From Nannocystis bainbridge (lineage in GTDB: Bacteria > Myxococcota_A > Polyangia > Nannocystales > Nannocystaceae): DNA of 64,000 nt. Positions 42,483 through 52,198 of the stretch are shown here, piece after piece. Under the pieces are notes generated by a model. The model saw only the letters and a program-made list of their open reading frames with translations. It did no database searches and was not told the origin of the DNA. Both the position numbers and the translations under genes were made by a program. The stretch is from the NCBI RefSeq assembly GCF_028368995.1, contig NZ_JAQNDL010000003.1, forward strand, positions 1,312,001 to 1,376,000, read 5' to 3'. How positions within the stretch are numbered: the stretch's first letter is position 1; each line of letters begins with the position of its first letter.

Positions 42483-42672
42483 GCACCTGGTCGCTGCGAC
42501 ATCCGCTGAAGGTCGCGGCCGCCAGCGCACCCTCGACCCGCTGACGGATCGACCGTTATCCGGCGCGCGCTCGCCTCCGCCGTCGCGCCGGCCTGCGAGC
42601 GCGCTCCCCGTCCACGCGCCCCGCTTCGCCGGCCGTTTGCGAGCCGCGCGCGTCATGCTCTACGGTGGCGCG

Positions 42673-44331
42673 ATGGCTCGTTCGCTCGTGCTCGCCGCCC
42701 TGAGTCTGCTGTCCGCCTGCGGCGACCCGGTCGCCGAGGACAGCGCCACGAGCACCGGGACCACCGGGACCACCGGCGCGTCGGAGTCGATGAGCACGAC
42801 CTCGGTCGGGACCGACGGACCCGCGACCACGGACGAGCCGACCGGCGGCACCGCGGGCACCACGGCGTCGACGACGACGAATACGGACACCGCCACGTCA
42901 GACACCGATGCACCGGCGATGGACTGCTACGAGGGCAGCATCGTCACCGCGGTCGCCGAGCTGAGCGCGGAGCGGTTGGTGGGGAAGAACTGCATCCTCG
43001 GCGACGTGTGGATCGTCGAAGGCACCGGCCCCGACCTGTGGTTCTTGAGCGAGATCCGCTCGATCGGCGGCTACTTCAAGATCCAGGGCCCGCACGAGAT
43101 CGTCAGCCTCCACGGGCTGGAGAAGCTCGAGTCGGTCGGCGGCTCCATGTATATCGCCGAGACCCCCGAGCTGCAGGACGGGAGCGCGCTCGCGGGGCTG
43201 GTGTCGGTCGGCGGCCCCCTCGAGATCCGGGGCGCGAACAAACTGGAGACCCTGGACCTCGGCTCCTTGACCACGGTGAACGGCGACCTGCGCCTGTCGG
43301 CGGGGCTCGCGTCGCTCGACCTGACGGCGCTGACGAGCGTGCCCGGCGACCTCGTGCTCGAGCACACCCGCTTGACCGACCTCGCCGGCCTCGCCGCGCT
43401 CACGTCGATCGCGGGCCTGCGGCTCGCGGACAACGCCGAGCTCGTCGACCTGAAGGGCCTGGACGTCGTCGTGCAGCCGGACGCGCTCCTGGAGATCGAG
43501 CACAACCCGGTCCTGGTCGACCTGGACGGCCTGTCGGGCCTGACGACGCTGAGTCGTCTGGAGGTGCGGAGCAACCCGGCGCTGACGAGCCTGGCGCCGC
43601 TCGCCGGCACGTCGGTGGCGCACGCGTTGATGATCGTCGGCAATACGAAGCTCACCGCCTTGCCCCCGCTGCAGGGCGAGGTCGGCCTCCTCGACGTCAG
43701 CAGCAACGCCGCGCTGCTCGGCCTCGCAGGGCTCGAAGACGTCGCCACGACCCACGAGCTCAGGATCGACGGCAACGAATCGCTGACCGACCTGCAGGGC
43801 CTCGCCGGCGTCAGCGCCGAGCTCCAGAGCATGGCGATCACCCACAACCCTGCGCTAGCGACCCTCGCCGGCCTGTCCGCCGTCACGAGCGCGCTCGAGG
43901 TGAAGATCGTCGGCAACCCGCTGCTCGCGTCGCTGGAGCCGCTGAAGAGCTTGCAGTCGGTATCGTGGTTGACGCTCGCGCAGACCCAGGCCGCGGCGCT
44001 GCCGGCGTGGCAAGACCTGACGAGCCTGGGCACCCTCGTCCTCACCGACAACCTCGCGCTCGCGTCGCTGAAGGGGCTCGAGAACCTGGCCAGCGTGGAC
44101 TCCTTGCACATCGGCCAGAACCCGCTGCTGACCACGCTGGCGCCGCTGCAGGACGGCGCGCTGATCGAGGTCGGCCAGGCGTACGACGTCTCGGGCAACC
44201 CGAAGCTGCCGAGCTGCCTGGCCAAGGCGCTCTACGACTCGCTGCAGTCGCCGCCCGCCGATTTCTGCTACGACAACATGGACGACGCGTGCAGCGGGCT
44301 CGGCGGCTGCGTGATCCTGCCGATGCCCTGA
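42673..44331 (+). CDS. Lipoprotein with receptor-L-domain/leucine-rich repeats
   Basis: Lipobox LSAC; Thr stalk; repeated L.I..N..L..L.GL..L units. Confidence 0.88.
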   Translation: MARSLVLAALSLLSACGDPVAEDSATSTGTTGTTGASESMSTTSVGTDGPATTDEPTGGTAGTTASTTTNTDTATSDTDAPAMDCYEGSIVTAVAELSAERLVGKNCILGDVWIVEGTGPDLWFLSEIRSIGGYFKIQGPHEIVSLHGLEKLESVGGSMYIAETPELQDGSALAGLVSVGGPLEIRGANKLETLDLGSLTTVNGDLRLSAGLASLDLTALTSVPGDLVLEHTRLTDLAGLAALTSIAGLRLADNAELVDLKGLDVVVQPDALLEIEHNPVLVDLDGLSGLTTLSRLEVRSNPALTSLAPLAGTSVAHALMIVGNTKLTALPPLQGEVGLLDVSSNAALLGLAGLEDVATTHELRIDGNESLTDLQGLAGVSAELQSMAITHNPALATLAGLSAVTSALEVKIVGNPLLASLEPLKSLQSVSWLTLAQTQAAALPAWQDLTSLGTLVLTDNLALASLKGLENLASVDSLHIGQNPLLTTLAPLQDGALIEVGQAYDVSGNPKLPSCLAKALYDSLQSPPADFCYDNMDDACSGLGGCVILPMP

Positions 44332-44389
44332 GCTGCGCGTCGCCGAGCTCGGGCCGCAGCGAGGTGCTCGCGACCGGTGGTCATACCAA

Positions 44390-44417
44390 TGCCTTCAAAG
44401 ACATGTCTTGAGAGACA
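44390..44417. repeat. Chained TGTC-N6-GACA units between convergent genes
   Basis: TGCCttcaaaGACA-TGTCttgagaGACA. Confidence 0.7.
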
Positions 44418-44492
44418 TTATGATCACACCGACGCGCACCGCGGTCGTTCGCGGCGGCGGCAGCCTCGGGCTCGCCACCGGCGATCCAGCGC

Positions 44493-45404
44493 TCACGGCA
44501 GCGCGCACACGCCGACGTTCTCCAGGCCCACCGGCGCTTCGCCCGGGTCGTAGTACGGCCGGCATTGCTGACCGACCCCCGGGCAGGCGGGGTTGTCCAG
44601 GGCGCAGTACGGCGAGCAGCAACCCGGGCCGTCGCCGCCGCCGATGCACTCCACGGCCGCGTCTTCATCGACGCAGTTCAGCCCGGGCGCGCACTGCCAG
44701 TCGCCGCCGCAGCCCTCGAACAGCTGGTTGGCCGGCAAGTCCGAGACCCCCAGGCACACGAAATCGACGCCGGCGTACTGGCAGGTGTCGCCCGCGGGGC
44801 AGCTCGGCAGCAGCGGATCGCAGTGCGGCACGCACAGCGGGATCTCGTGATAGCCGAAGCACGCCGACGCGCTGTCGCACAGCGGCTGACTCGAGCTGCC
44901 CTGACACATCACCGCGCAGGTGCCGGTGCCGGTCTGCGGATCGGCGTGGTCGCAGAACAGGCCGACGTCACAGGTATCGGGCCCCAGGTGGCCGAGGACC
45001 AGCTGCTGACACGATTCGCCGGCCTGGTCCGGCTCGGCGACGATCGATGAACAGACGATGCTCTCGCTGTCGAGCGGAGGCGGGCCCTCGGCGCTGCACT
45101 TGAACCCGCTCTCGCAGTCCTGGGCGTAGACGTCGCACGCGGCCGGCGGACCCGGCGGGACGACGAACACGGCCCCGGTCGGGTCGTCGCAGGTCGTGCA
45201 CGTGGAGCCGGAATCACCGCTGATGGCGCCGGTCGAGCCGTCGCTCGCGGTGCCGGTGGAGTCCGGGGTCGGGTCGGTGGTGGTGGTGCTCGCCGGCCCC
45301 GACATCGAGCCGCCGCTGCCTCCGCCGGTGAGGATCGGATCGAGGACGCCAGGGTCACAGCCGAACAGGGCCAGGACGAACAAAAAACGGGTTGAGACTC
45401 GCAT
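44493..45404 (-). CDS. Cys-rich lipoprotein, paralog of 19347-20267
   Basis: Lipobox LFGC; CDVYAQDCESGFKC, CDPLLPSC, GCCSPYC and VGVC motifs. Confidence 0.85.
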   Translation of the reverse strand: MRVSTRFLFVLALFGCDPGVLDPILTGGGSGGSMSGPASTTTTDPTPDSTGTASDGSTGAISGDSGSTCTTCDDPTGAVFVVPPGPPAACDVYAQDCESGFKCSAEGPPPLDSESIVCSSIVAEPDQAGESCQQLVLGHLGPDTCDVGLFCDHADPQTGTGTCAVMCQGSSSQPLCDSASACFGYHEIPLCVPHCDPLLPSCPAGDTCQYAGVDFVCLGVSDLPANQLFEGCGGDWQCAPGLNCVDEDAAVECIGGGDGPGCCSPYCALDNPACPGVGQQCRPYYDPGEAPVGLENVGVCALP

Positions 45405-45462
45405 GCGCAGAGGGTCGTGCGAGCCCCTCCGGACGGCTCAGTTGTTTTCGCCCGCGAGAAAT

Positions 45463-45504
45463 ACGAAGCTCTTCGTTGACACTACGAAGATCCTCGTACA
45501 TCAT
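45463..45504 (+). promoter_or_regulatory. Putative sigma70 promoter of the BlaI-family gene with two overlapping operator palindromes
   Basis: TTGACA (45476)-17 bp-CATCAT (45499); palindromes ACGAAG-CT-CTTCGT (45463) and TACGA-AGATCC-TCGTA (45483). Confidence 0.65.
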
Positions 45505-45512
45505 CCCGAGCG

Positions 45513-45896
45513 ATGCCACCGCCGCGCCCGACTGACGCCGAGCTTTCGATCTTGCGGGTGTTGTGGTCGACCGGGCCGGCCACCGTGCGCACCGTGTTCG
45601 AGGCGCTGCAGGCCGAGCGGGCGGTCAACTACACCACCGTCCTCAAGCTGCTGCAGATCATGACCGACAAGGGGCTCGTCACCCGCGACGAGAGCGCGCG
45701 CAGCCACGTCTACGTGCCCGCGCAGGCCGAGGCCGAGACGCAGGGGTCGCTCGTGCGCGACCTGCTCGACAAGGCCTTCGCCGGCTCGACGTCTCGCCTC
45801 GTCATGCGCGCGCTCGAGGAGCGGCCGGCCAGCGCCGACGAGCTGGCCCAGCTGCGCGCTCTGCTGGCGCGGCTCGAGCGAAAGGACGGGCCATGA
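45513..45896 (+). CDS. BlaI/MecI/CopY-family repressor
   Basis: PTDAELSILRVLW, YTTVLKLLQIMTDKGLV.RD, FAGS. Confidence 0.93.
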   Translation: MPPPRPTDAELSILRVLWSTGPATVRTVFEALQAERAVNYTTVLKLLQIMTDKGLVTRDESARSHVYVPAQAEAETQGSLVRDLLDKAFAGSTSRLVMRALEERPASADELAQLRALLARLERKDGP

Positions 45897-47143
45897 CCGC
45901 CGCGCTCGCCTTCCTCGGTGTCGTCATGCTGCACGCCACGTGGGCCGGCTTCGCCGCCGCCGGGGTCGCCGCGATCGCCCTGCGCCGGCTCGGCGCCGCC
46001 CGCTCGCGCCGACGCTACGCCGTCGCCCTCGCCGCCTTGCTCGCGGTCCCGGCGGTCGCGGTCCTGTGCGCCGCCGCCCCGCGCCTCGCCGCCGAACCCG
46101 ATGCGGTATCCGCCGCCCTCGCCGGCCTCGCCGCGCCTACCTCCGACTCGCTCGCCGGCCTCGCCGCGTCCGCCTCCGACTCGCTCGCCGGCCTCGCCGC
46201 GACCGCCTCCTCCAGCCTCATCCCGGCCTCGCTCGCCGGCCTCGCCCCGCCCGCCTACTCGCTCGCGCCCGCGACCCCGTGGCTCGGCCTCGCCTGGCTC
46301 CTGGGCACCGCCTGGGGCCTGCTCGGCCTCGCCGTCGCCTCCGCTCACCTCGCGCGGCTGCGGCGGCGCGCCCGGCCCCTGCCCCGCGCCCACGCCGAGC
46401 GCCTGCTCGCGCGGGCCCGCGGTCAACTCGACTACGCCGGCGCGATCGACCTCGTCATCTCGCCGGACGTCGGCGTCCCCACGGTGCTCGGCTGGCGGCG
46501 TCCGCTGTGCGCCTTGCCGGCGGCGGCGCTGACCGCCTGGCCCGGCGACGACCTCGAGTGGTTGCTGGTCCACGAGCTCGCCCACGTCCGCCGCGCCGAC
46601 ATTGCCTGGGGCTGGGCGCAGAACCTCGTCGAGGCCGCGCTCTTCTTTCACCCCGGCGCGCGCTGGCTGTCGCGGCAGGTCCGCCACGAGCGCGAGTGCT
46701 GCTGCGACGCCGCCGTGCTGGCCCGCCCCGACGCCCTCGTCCCCTACGTCCGCGCCCTCGCCCGGCTCGCCACGGCCGATCGTGCGGCGATTGGTCCGGC
46801 CCTGTCCGCCACTGGAGGAACCCTCGTGTCTCGCATCGAACGCCTCGTCGACCCCACCCTGCCGCTGCCCGCCTGCTCGCGCAGCCTCTGCCTCGCCCTC
46901 GTGCTCGCCGCGTTCGCCGGCGCCGGAGCCCTCGCCGCTTGCGAGACCGAGGAGGCCGACACCGCGCCGACCCGGCCCACCGCCGAACCGCTCGTCGCCC
47001 CGCCGACCCCGGCCGAGTCGCCGGCGGCCAAGCCCGAGAGCGAGGCCCCGATCGGGACCCCGATCCCCAGCGACATCGATCGCTACCCGATCCCCTTCAT
47101 CGAACCGCCCGAAGGCGAGGAGGAGATCGACACCGGCTGCTGA
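45893..47143 (+). CDS. M56 (BlaR1-like) metallopeptidase without a penicillin-binding domain
   Basis: VPTVLGW.RP, HELAHVRRAD, FFHP..RWLSR....ERECCCD; ATGA overlap with the repressor; 33-bp in-frame repeats at 46118, 46151 and 46184. Confidence 0.9.
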   Translation: MTAALAFLGVVMLHATWAGFAAAGVAAIALRRLGAARSRRRYAVALAALLAVPAVAVLCAAAPRLAAEPDAVSAALAGLAAPTSDSLAGLAASASDSLAGLAATASSSLIPASLAGLAPPAYSLAPATPWLGLAWLLGTAWGLLGLAVASAHLARLRRRARPLPRAHAERLLARARGQLDYAGAIDLVISPDVGVPTVLGWRRPLCALPAAALTAWPGDDLEWLLVHELAHVRRADIAWGWAQNLVEAALFFHPGARWLSRQVRHERECCCDAAVLARPDALVPYVRALARLATADRAAIGPALSATGGTLVSRIERLVDPTLPLPACSRSLCLALVLAAFAGAGALAACETEEADTAPTRPTAEPLVAPPTPAESPAAKPESEAPIGTPIPSDIDRYPIPFIEPPEGEEEIDTGC

Positions 47144-47179
47144 CCGCCGCGGAGCGGTGGTCACGGCCAGGCTTCAGGC

Positions 47180-47392
47180 CATGTAGAAATAGACATGTCA
47201 CATCGGACATGTCGTAACGGGCATGTCGCAGAGAGCATGTCGTAACGAGCATGTCGTGACGGCCATGCAAAGTCGGAGCGTCGAGCGGCGCGCGGATCTC
47301 CATGCGCCATAGCGACGGCGGCGTGAAGCGTTCGCCGCGACCGCGGAGCTCGCCGGGACTCTTCTCCAGGAAAATGTCCGAGAGGACATGTC
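47180..47392. repeat. 14-bp-period chain of CATGTC units plus an extended palindrome
   Basis: CATG at 47180, 47194, 47208, 47222, 47236, 47250 and 47264; TGTCcgagagGACATGTC at 47375. Confidence 0.85.
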
Positions 47393-47550
47393 CTCGAGGC
47401 TCGGCGAGCCCGCCTCGCGCCACCAGCCGGGCACCGCGAGGCGCCCGGCGAGCTCCCGGCGTCGCCATCAGCCGGACGTCGCGGGGCGCCCGGCGGACCC
47501 GCGCCTCCCGGCGTCGCCAATGGTCGGGCGCCGCGGGGCGCCCGGCGGCT

Positions 47551-47967
47551 TCACGCCTGCACGTGGCTCGGGTCCATGTAGGCCAACTCCCAGTGGTGGC
47601 CGTCGAGGTCCGCGAACGCGCGGTAGTACATGAACCCGTAGTCCTTCGGCTCGCCGATCGCCTTCCCGCCGGCCGCGACCGCCGTGTCGGCCAATTGGTC
47701 GACCTCGGCGCGGCTGGTGGCCGACAGCGCGAACAGCCCCTCGCGGTGCGTGCGGGTGTCGCAGATCCCCTGCGGCGTGAAGTCCCTGAAGCGCTCCTCG
47801 GTCATCAGCATGAAGAACGCCTCTTCGCTGACGATCATGCAGGTGCACTTGTCGTCGGTGAACTGCGGGTTGAAGGTGAACCCGAGCTTGGTAAAAAATT
47901 CGACCGTGCGCTCGAGGTCGCGGATGGCCAGGTTGACGAACAGCTTGCGCGGGTTGGTGATTGCCAT
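47551..47967 (-). CDS. VOC/glyoxalase-family protein
   Basis: FVNLAIRDLERT..FF.KLGF.FNPQFTD; DYGFMY.R.F.DLDGHHWE; AAGGAGG RBS. Confidence 0.92.
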   Translation of the reverse strand: MAITNPRKLFVNLAIRDLERTVEFFTKLGFTFNPQFTDDKCTCMIVSEEAFFMLMTEERFRDFTPQGICDTRTHREGLFALSATSRAEVDQLADTAVAAGGKAIGEPKDYGFMYYRAFADLDGHHWELAYMDPSHVQA

Positions 47968-47994
47968 GGTGGTTCCTCCTTGAAGGTTCTGAAC

Positions 47995-48025
47995 TGGAGA
48001 CCGGAGCCCTTCCCTGAACTCATCG
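47995..48025 (-). promoter_or_regulatory. Putative SigG-type ECF promoter for the VOC gene
   Basis: CGATGA-N18-GTCTCCA on the minus strand, matching the SigG-type consensus CGATGA-N18-GTC as I recall it. Confidence 0.6.
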
Positions 48026-48042
48026 GTCGCTCGCAAAATTTT

Positions 48043-49011
48043 TTAGGGTTCGAGGGCCGGCGGCAGGCCGAACCGCGGGAACAACGCCGCGGTGTCGAGG
48101 AACGAATTGAGGCCGACGACCTGCTCACCCGCCGTCTCGAGCACGATCAGCGCCCACGCCGTGTGACCGCCCTCGGGGCTCGGACGGTACTGCCCGAACG
48201 CCAGCGAGCCTGAGGCCGCCGTCGGCACCAGCCGCGAGCCGCGGCAGCCGCCGCCGCGGCCCGTCAGCCAGGCGCGCAGGATCGGGTGCCCGCGCAGCCA
48301 CAGCGAATACGGCGGCATCGACAGCGTGGCGTCCTGGTGGAGCAGGCTCGTCAACGCGTCCATGTCGTAGCGCTCGAAGGCGTCGACGAACCGCTCGAGC
48401 AGCTGCGACTGCGAGCTCGACAGCGGCGCTCGCTCGGTGGTCACGCCGCGGCTGGCCAGGGTCGCGCGGGCCCGCTGCAGCGCGCTGTTGACCGCCGCGA
48501 CCGAGGTCTCGAGGCTGCCCGCGACCTCGGCCGCCGGCCACCCGAGCACCTCGGTCAGCAGCAGCACCGCGCGCTGCTTCGGCGGCAGGTGCTGCAGCGC
48601 GGCGACGAAGGCCAGGCGGATGCTCTCGCGCAGGCTGGCGCGCTCGTACGGGTCGGCGTCGGCCGGCAGCACCAGCGCGTCGGGGATCGGCTCGATCCAC
48701 TGATCGCCCGGCAGGGCCACCAGGCTGTCGTCGATCGTGCCCATCGGCCCGAGCTCGACCGGCCGCCCGCGCCGCGCGCGATGGCCCAGAGCGTCGAGGC
48801 ACACGCGGGTGGCGATCCGGTACAGCCAGGTGCGCAGCGACGACCGCCCCTCGAAGCGATCGAGCGCCCGCCAGGCCCGCACCAGGGTCTCCTGCACGGC
48901 GTCGTCGGCCTCGGCGGCCGAGCCGAGCATGCGGTAACAGTGGCCGGTGAGCGCCGCGCGGTGCTGCTCGAGGTCGTGCGCCGTCGCGGGGGAGCTGACG
49001 ACTTCGTTCAT
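48043..49011 (-). CDS. ECF sigma factor with C-terminal SnoaL-like extension (SigG-like)
   Basis: [54 protein letters not shown]. Confidence 0.92.
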   Translation of the reverse strand: MNEVVSSPATAHDLEQHRAALTGHCYRMLGSAAEADDAVQETLVRAWRALDRFEGRSSLRTWLYRIATRVCLDALGHRARRGRPVELGPMGTIDDSLVALPGDQWIEPIPDALVLPADADPYERASLRESIRLAFVAALQHLPPKQRAVLLLTEVLGWPAAEVAGSLETSVAAVNSALQRARATLASRGVTTERAPLSSSQSQLLERFVDAFERYDMDALTSLLHQDATLSMPPYSLWLRGHPILRAWLTGRGGGCRGSRLVPTAASGSLAFGQYRPSPEGGHTAWALIVLETAGEQVVGLNSFLDTAALFPRFGLPPALEP

Positions 49012-49461
49012 CGCCGCCGAGGTGTACCAGGCCCGCCGGCCCCGGCAAAGCGCCCTGAAGCCGCCGGAGACGCGGCCTTCGTCGCAACCGAGTAGCGAAC
49101 CGGAGGTCGCGGGCCCGGACTGCGAACCCCGACGCAAGCCCTCGCCGGGTGACCTCCGCTCGCGCGAGATCGCGGCGCACGGAGCCCCGGCCCCGTTCGC
49201 CGCGGGGAGCTCACGGCGCCGGGTCCAGGCGAAATCACCGCGAGCGACCGAGGCGGCGATCCACGCGCAGGCGCGGGCGGCCTCTCATCCGGGCCCCGGC
49301 CCGGGCCCGTCGCCATCACCTGGCCTTCGAGACAGCTTTTAAAACCTGCCTCTCGGGATAGGTGCGCCACACACGCAGGCGCTGCCCGGCCGCTCAGCCG
49401 GTCGCGGGGATCCGCACCTGCGCGGGCTGACCGCCGGCCTGCACCGGGCTAGATTCGTCGC

Positions 49462-50409
49462 ATGCGCCTGTTTGGCTTACTGCTGCTCGCCTCGGCCTGC
49501 ACCCTCGAAAACCCCGCGTTCTTCGTCACCGACGGCGCCAGCGGTGACCCCACGCGCCCGACCGCGACCTCGAACACGCCCACCGCGCCCGGCACCGACG
49601 CGACCAGCGAGCCGCCCGCGACCACCAGCGAGCCCATCACCACCGGCACGAGCACCGGCGGCCCCACCAGCGATCCGCCGGCCACCGCGACCTCGACCAC
49701 CGTCGACACGACCACCGACCCGACGCCGATGACCGCCAGCAGCAGCAGCAGCAGCAGCGGCGGCGACGACACCGACCCCGTGGCGTGCGGGTTCCTCGAC
49801 GTGACGGGGCCGATGCTGCCGGCGCTCCTGCTGCCGAACAAGGAGCCGCTGAACGCCGACCAGTGCGCGCAGGTGCAGATGAAGGAGCTCACCGGCAAGC
49901 TCTACGCCGGCCCCGGCGGGTTCCAGATCGAGACCCACCAGGACTGCCCGTCGCAGAACCTGCCGGGCCAGGGCTTCGCCTTCAACATCTTCATGCCCGA
50001 CCTGCCGGTCGCCCAGGGCGAGTGCGTCAAGCTCGAGCTCACGCTGCACCCCGATCAGCCGAGCTGCCTGGTGTCGTCGCTGATGGTCAAGCACCAGGGC
50101 TCACCGGTCCTCGTGGGCAGCTTCGGTCGCGCGAACTTCGGCCCCGAGGTGCCGTTCCAGCTCGGCCTGCAGCCCACCGGCACCTGCGCCTGCCCCGACT
50201 GCTGCGCGCCCGGGCTCGACCCCGACCTCTACCGCTACCAGCTGTCCGCAGGCGAGGTCGCCGAGGGCCAGACCCTGATGTTCGAGCACGGCGGCAAGCA
50301 GCACGTGTTCTCCAGCATCCGCGCCCACGTGCACGCGCCGCCCGAGTGCACCGAGCTGCCGCCGCCCGAGTGGCAGCACCTCGACTGGCTGGCGATCCGC
50401 GTCGAGTGA
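49462..50409 (+). CDS. Hypothetical lipoprotein with Thr/Ser stalk
   Basis: MRLFGLLLLASAC lipobox; Thr/Ser linker; Cys-containing domain. Confidence 0.8.
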   Translation: MRLFGLLLLASACTLENPAFFVTDGASGDPTRPTATSNTPTAPGTDATSEPPATTSEPITTGTSTGGPTSDPPATATSTTVDTTTDPTPMTASSSSSSSGGDDTDPVACGFLDVTGPMLPALLLPNKEPLNADQCAQVQMKELTGKLYAGPGGFQIETHQDCPSQNLPGQGFAFNIFMPDLPVAQGECVKLELTLHPDQPSCLVSSLMVKHQGSPVLVGSFGRANFGPEVPFQLGLQPTGTCACPDCCAPGLDPDLYRYQLSAGEVAEGQTLMFEHGGKQHVFSSIRAHVHAPPECTELPPPEWQHLDWLAIRVE

Positions 50410-50412
50410 GCG

Positions 50413-51657
50413 TCAGTCGAGCGGGTGCATCGCCCCGCGGATGGTCTGGTGCACCACCTGGGCGCCGACCTCGAGCCGGCGGGCGATGTCCTCCATCACG
50501 TGCAGCTCCTCGTCGCTGACCGAGCCGTCGGCGGCGGCGACGATCGTCAAGTGCTGCACGAGCTGGGCCCGGTTGCGCAGCGGCACCTCGAGCGCGGCCT
50601 GGATCCGCCCGTCGAGGTCGCCGAGCAGCTTGGGGATGTCGGCCGGCTCGTCGGCGTGGTCCGAGCCGAGCAGGCGCCCGAGGGCGTCGAGCTCGGCCGG
50701 CTCGACCCCGCCCGACGCGGCCGCCACCGCCAGCCCGGCGGTGTAGAGCAGCCGCCGCAGCGTGTCCGAGGTCTGGCTCTTCTCCTCGAGGTACGACGGC
50801 TCCATCAGCTGCAGGTCGCGCTCGATCACCTGCTCGACGTCCTCGAGCTGCCACGCGCTGTCGGTGCTGCGCCCCAGCGCCTGCAGGTACGGCTCCGAGC
50901 GGCTGAACGCCCACACCGCGCGCACCCGCACCGGGTTGTACGGGTGCGTGCTGAAGCAGTCGAGGGTGTCCTCGTCGTACTCCTTCTCGCGCGCCTCGGG
51001 GGCCGAGGCCAGGCTCTCGACCTGGCGGGCGAAGGTCGCCAGGTCGGGCCGCACGCGCTCGCTGGCCATGCCGCTGGCGAGCTTGAAGAAGCCGCTGGCG
51101 GCCGCCTCCGGGTCACCGGCGCACAACAGGCCGATGCGGTCGGCCGACAGCTCGGCGCTGCGACACCACGCGTAGAGCCGCAGCGACGTCGCCCGCGACA
51201 CGAACGGGATCCCGAGCTCCTCGATGGTCGCGGTGATCGGCATCGGCAGCCCGTAGTGATCGAACACCGCGTGCCCGAGCTCGTGGCCGATGACGAACCG
51301 CAGCTCCGCCGGCGTGAACACCTCGAGCAGCCGGCTCGACAGCGTCAAGATCGTCGGGCCCTTGATCTCGCGGTAGCAGGTGGCGTTGAACTGGTGCTCG
51401 GGGGTCACGTAGACCTCGACCGGCGTCTCGTAGCCGAGCATCTCCTTGCACTGCGTGACGGTGTCGGCGATCTCCGGCGACATCGAGCGCGTCAGCCGGA
51501 GCGTCGAGCTGAGCAGGTTGCGCCGGTAGCCGTAGCCCTTGCCGCCGCGCCACTCGCGGAGCTTGGCCAGGGCCTTCCGCACCCCGAAGTCCTGCATCAC
51601 GTCGTCGCGCAGCTGCTGCTCGCGCCGGACCTGGAACTGCCGCGGATCAATGCGCAT
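50413..51657 (-). CDS. M48-family metallopeptidase with C-terminal TerB-like domain
   Basis: ELRFVIGHELGH, ELSADR.G, FSTHP...RV; AAASGGVEPAE and AAADGSVSDEE TerB motifs. Confidence 0.88.
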   Translation of the reverse strand: MRIDPRQFQVRREQQLRDDVMQDFGVRKALAKLREWRGGKGYGYRRNLLSSTLRLTRSMSPEIADTVTQCKEMLGYETPVEVYVTPEHQFNATCYREIKGPTILTLSSRLLEVFTPAELRFVIGHELGHAVFDHYGLPMPITATIEELGIPFVSRATSLRLYAWCRSAELSADRIGLLCAGDPEAAASGFFKLASGMASERVRPDLATFARQVESLASAPEAREKEYDEDTLDCFSTHPYNPVRVRAVWAFSRSEPYLQALGRSTDSAWQLEDVEQVIERDLQLMEPSYLEEKSQTSDTLRRLLYTAGLAVAAASGGVEPAELDALGRLLGSDHADEPADIPKLLGDLDGRIQAALEVPLRNRAQLVQHLTIVAAADGSVSDEELHVMEDIARRLEVGAQVVHQTIRGAMHPLD

Positions 51658-51757
51658 CACTCCACCTCTCGCCTCACACCTGTCTTCACGAACGAAACGC
51701 GCCGCCCGGACCGCCACGCGGCACCGGGTCGGCGCGCCTCGCTACCTGCTCACGCGA

Positions 51758-52198
51758 TCACGCGCGGGCATACTTGAGCGTCAAGACCTCGAGGATCTTG
51801 GTCGCCAGGCTGTCCTCGACGTTGAGCACGCGCTGCATCGCCTCGAGCATCGCGTCCTCTTGCTCGTCGACGTCGCCGCTCGACATCGCGATGTCGGCCG
51901 CCAGCAAGTAGGCCTTGTTCTTGACCATCTGCGACGAAAGATCGCCGAGCGCCTTGACCGAGTCCTTCAGGTTGGGGAAGCGCTTCAGGATCTTCACCGC
52001 CTCCTGATACACGTCGCCGAACTCCTTGCCCTCGAACTCGGGCAGCTGGGCGAAGTAGCTCTCGACGGTCGGCAGCTCCGCCTCGTCGAAGCTCCCGTCG
52101 GCGCCGCACATCAGCAGCATCCCGTGGAGGAGCAGGGCGTCGTCGGTGGGCTTCTTCTGCGGCGTCACCTTGCCGGTCAGTTTGGACAGCAGACCCAT
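51758..52198 (-). CDS. TerB-family (tellurite resistance) protein
   Basis: GADGSFDEAE and MSSGDVDEQEDAMLE motifs; AAGGAG RBS. Confidence 0.85.
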   Translation of the reverse strand: MGLLSKLTGKVTPQKKPTDDALLLHGMLLMCGADGSFDEAELPTVESYFAQLPEFEGKEFGDVYQEAVKILKRFPNLKDSVKALGDLSSQMVKNKAYLLAADIAMSSGDVDEQEDAMLEAMQRVLNVEDSLATKILEVLTLKYARA

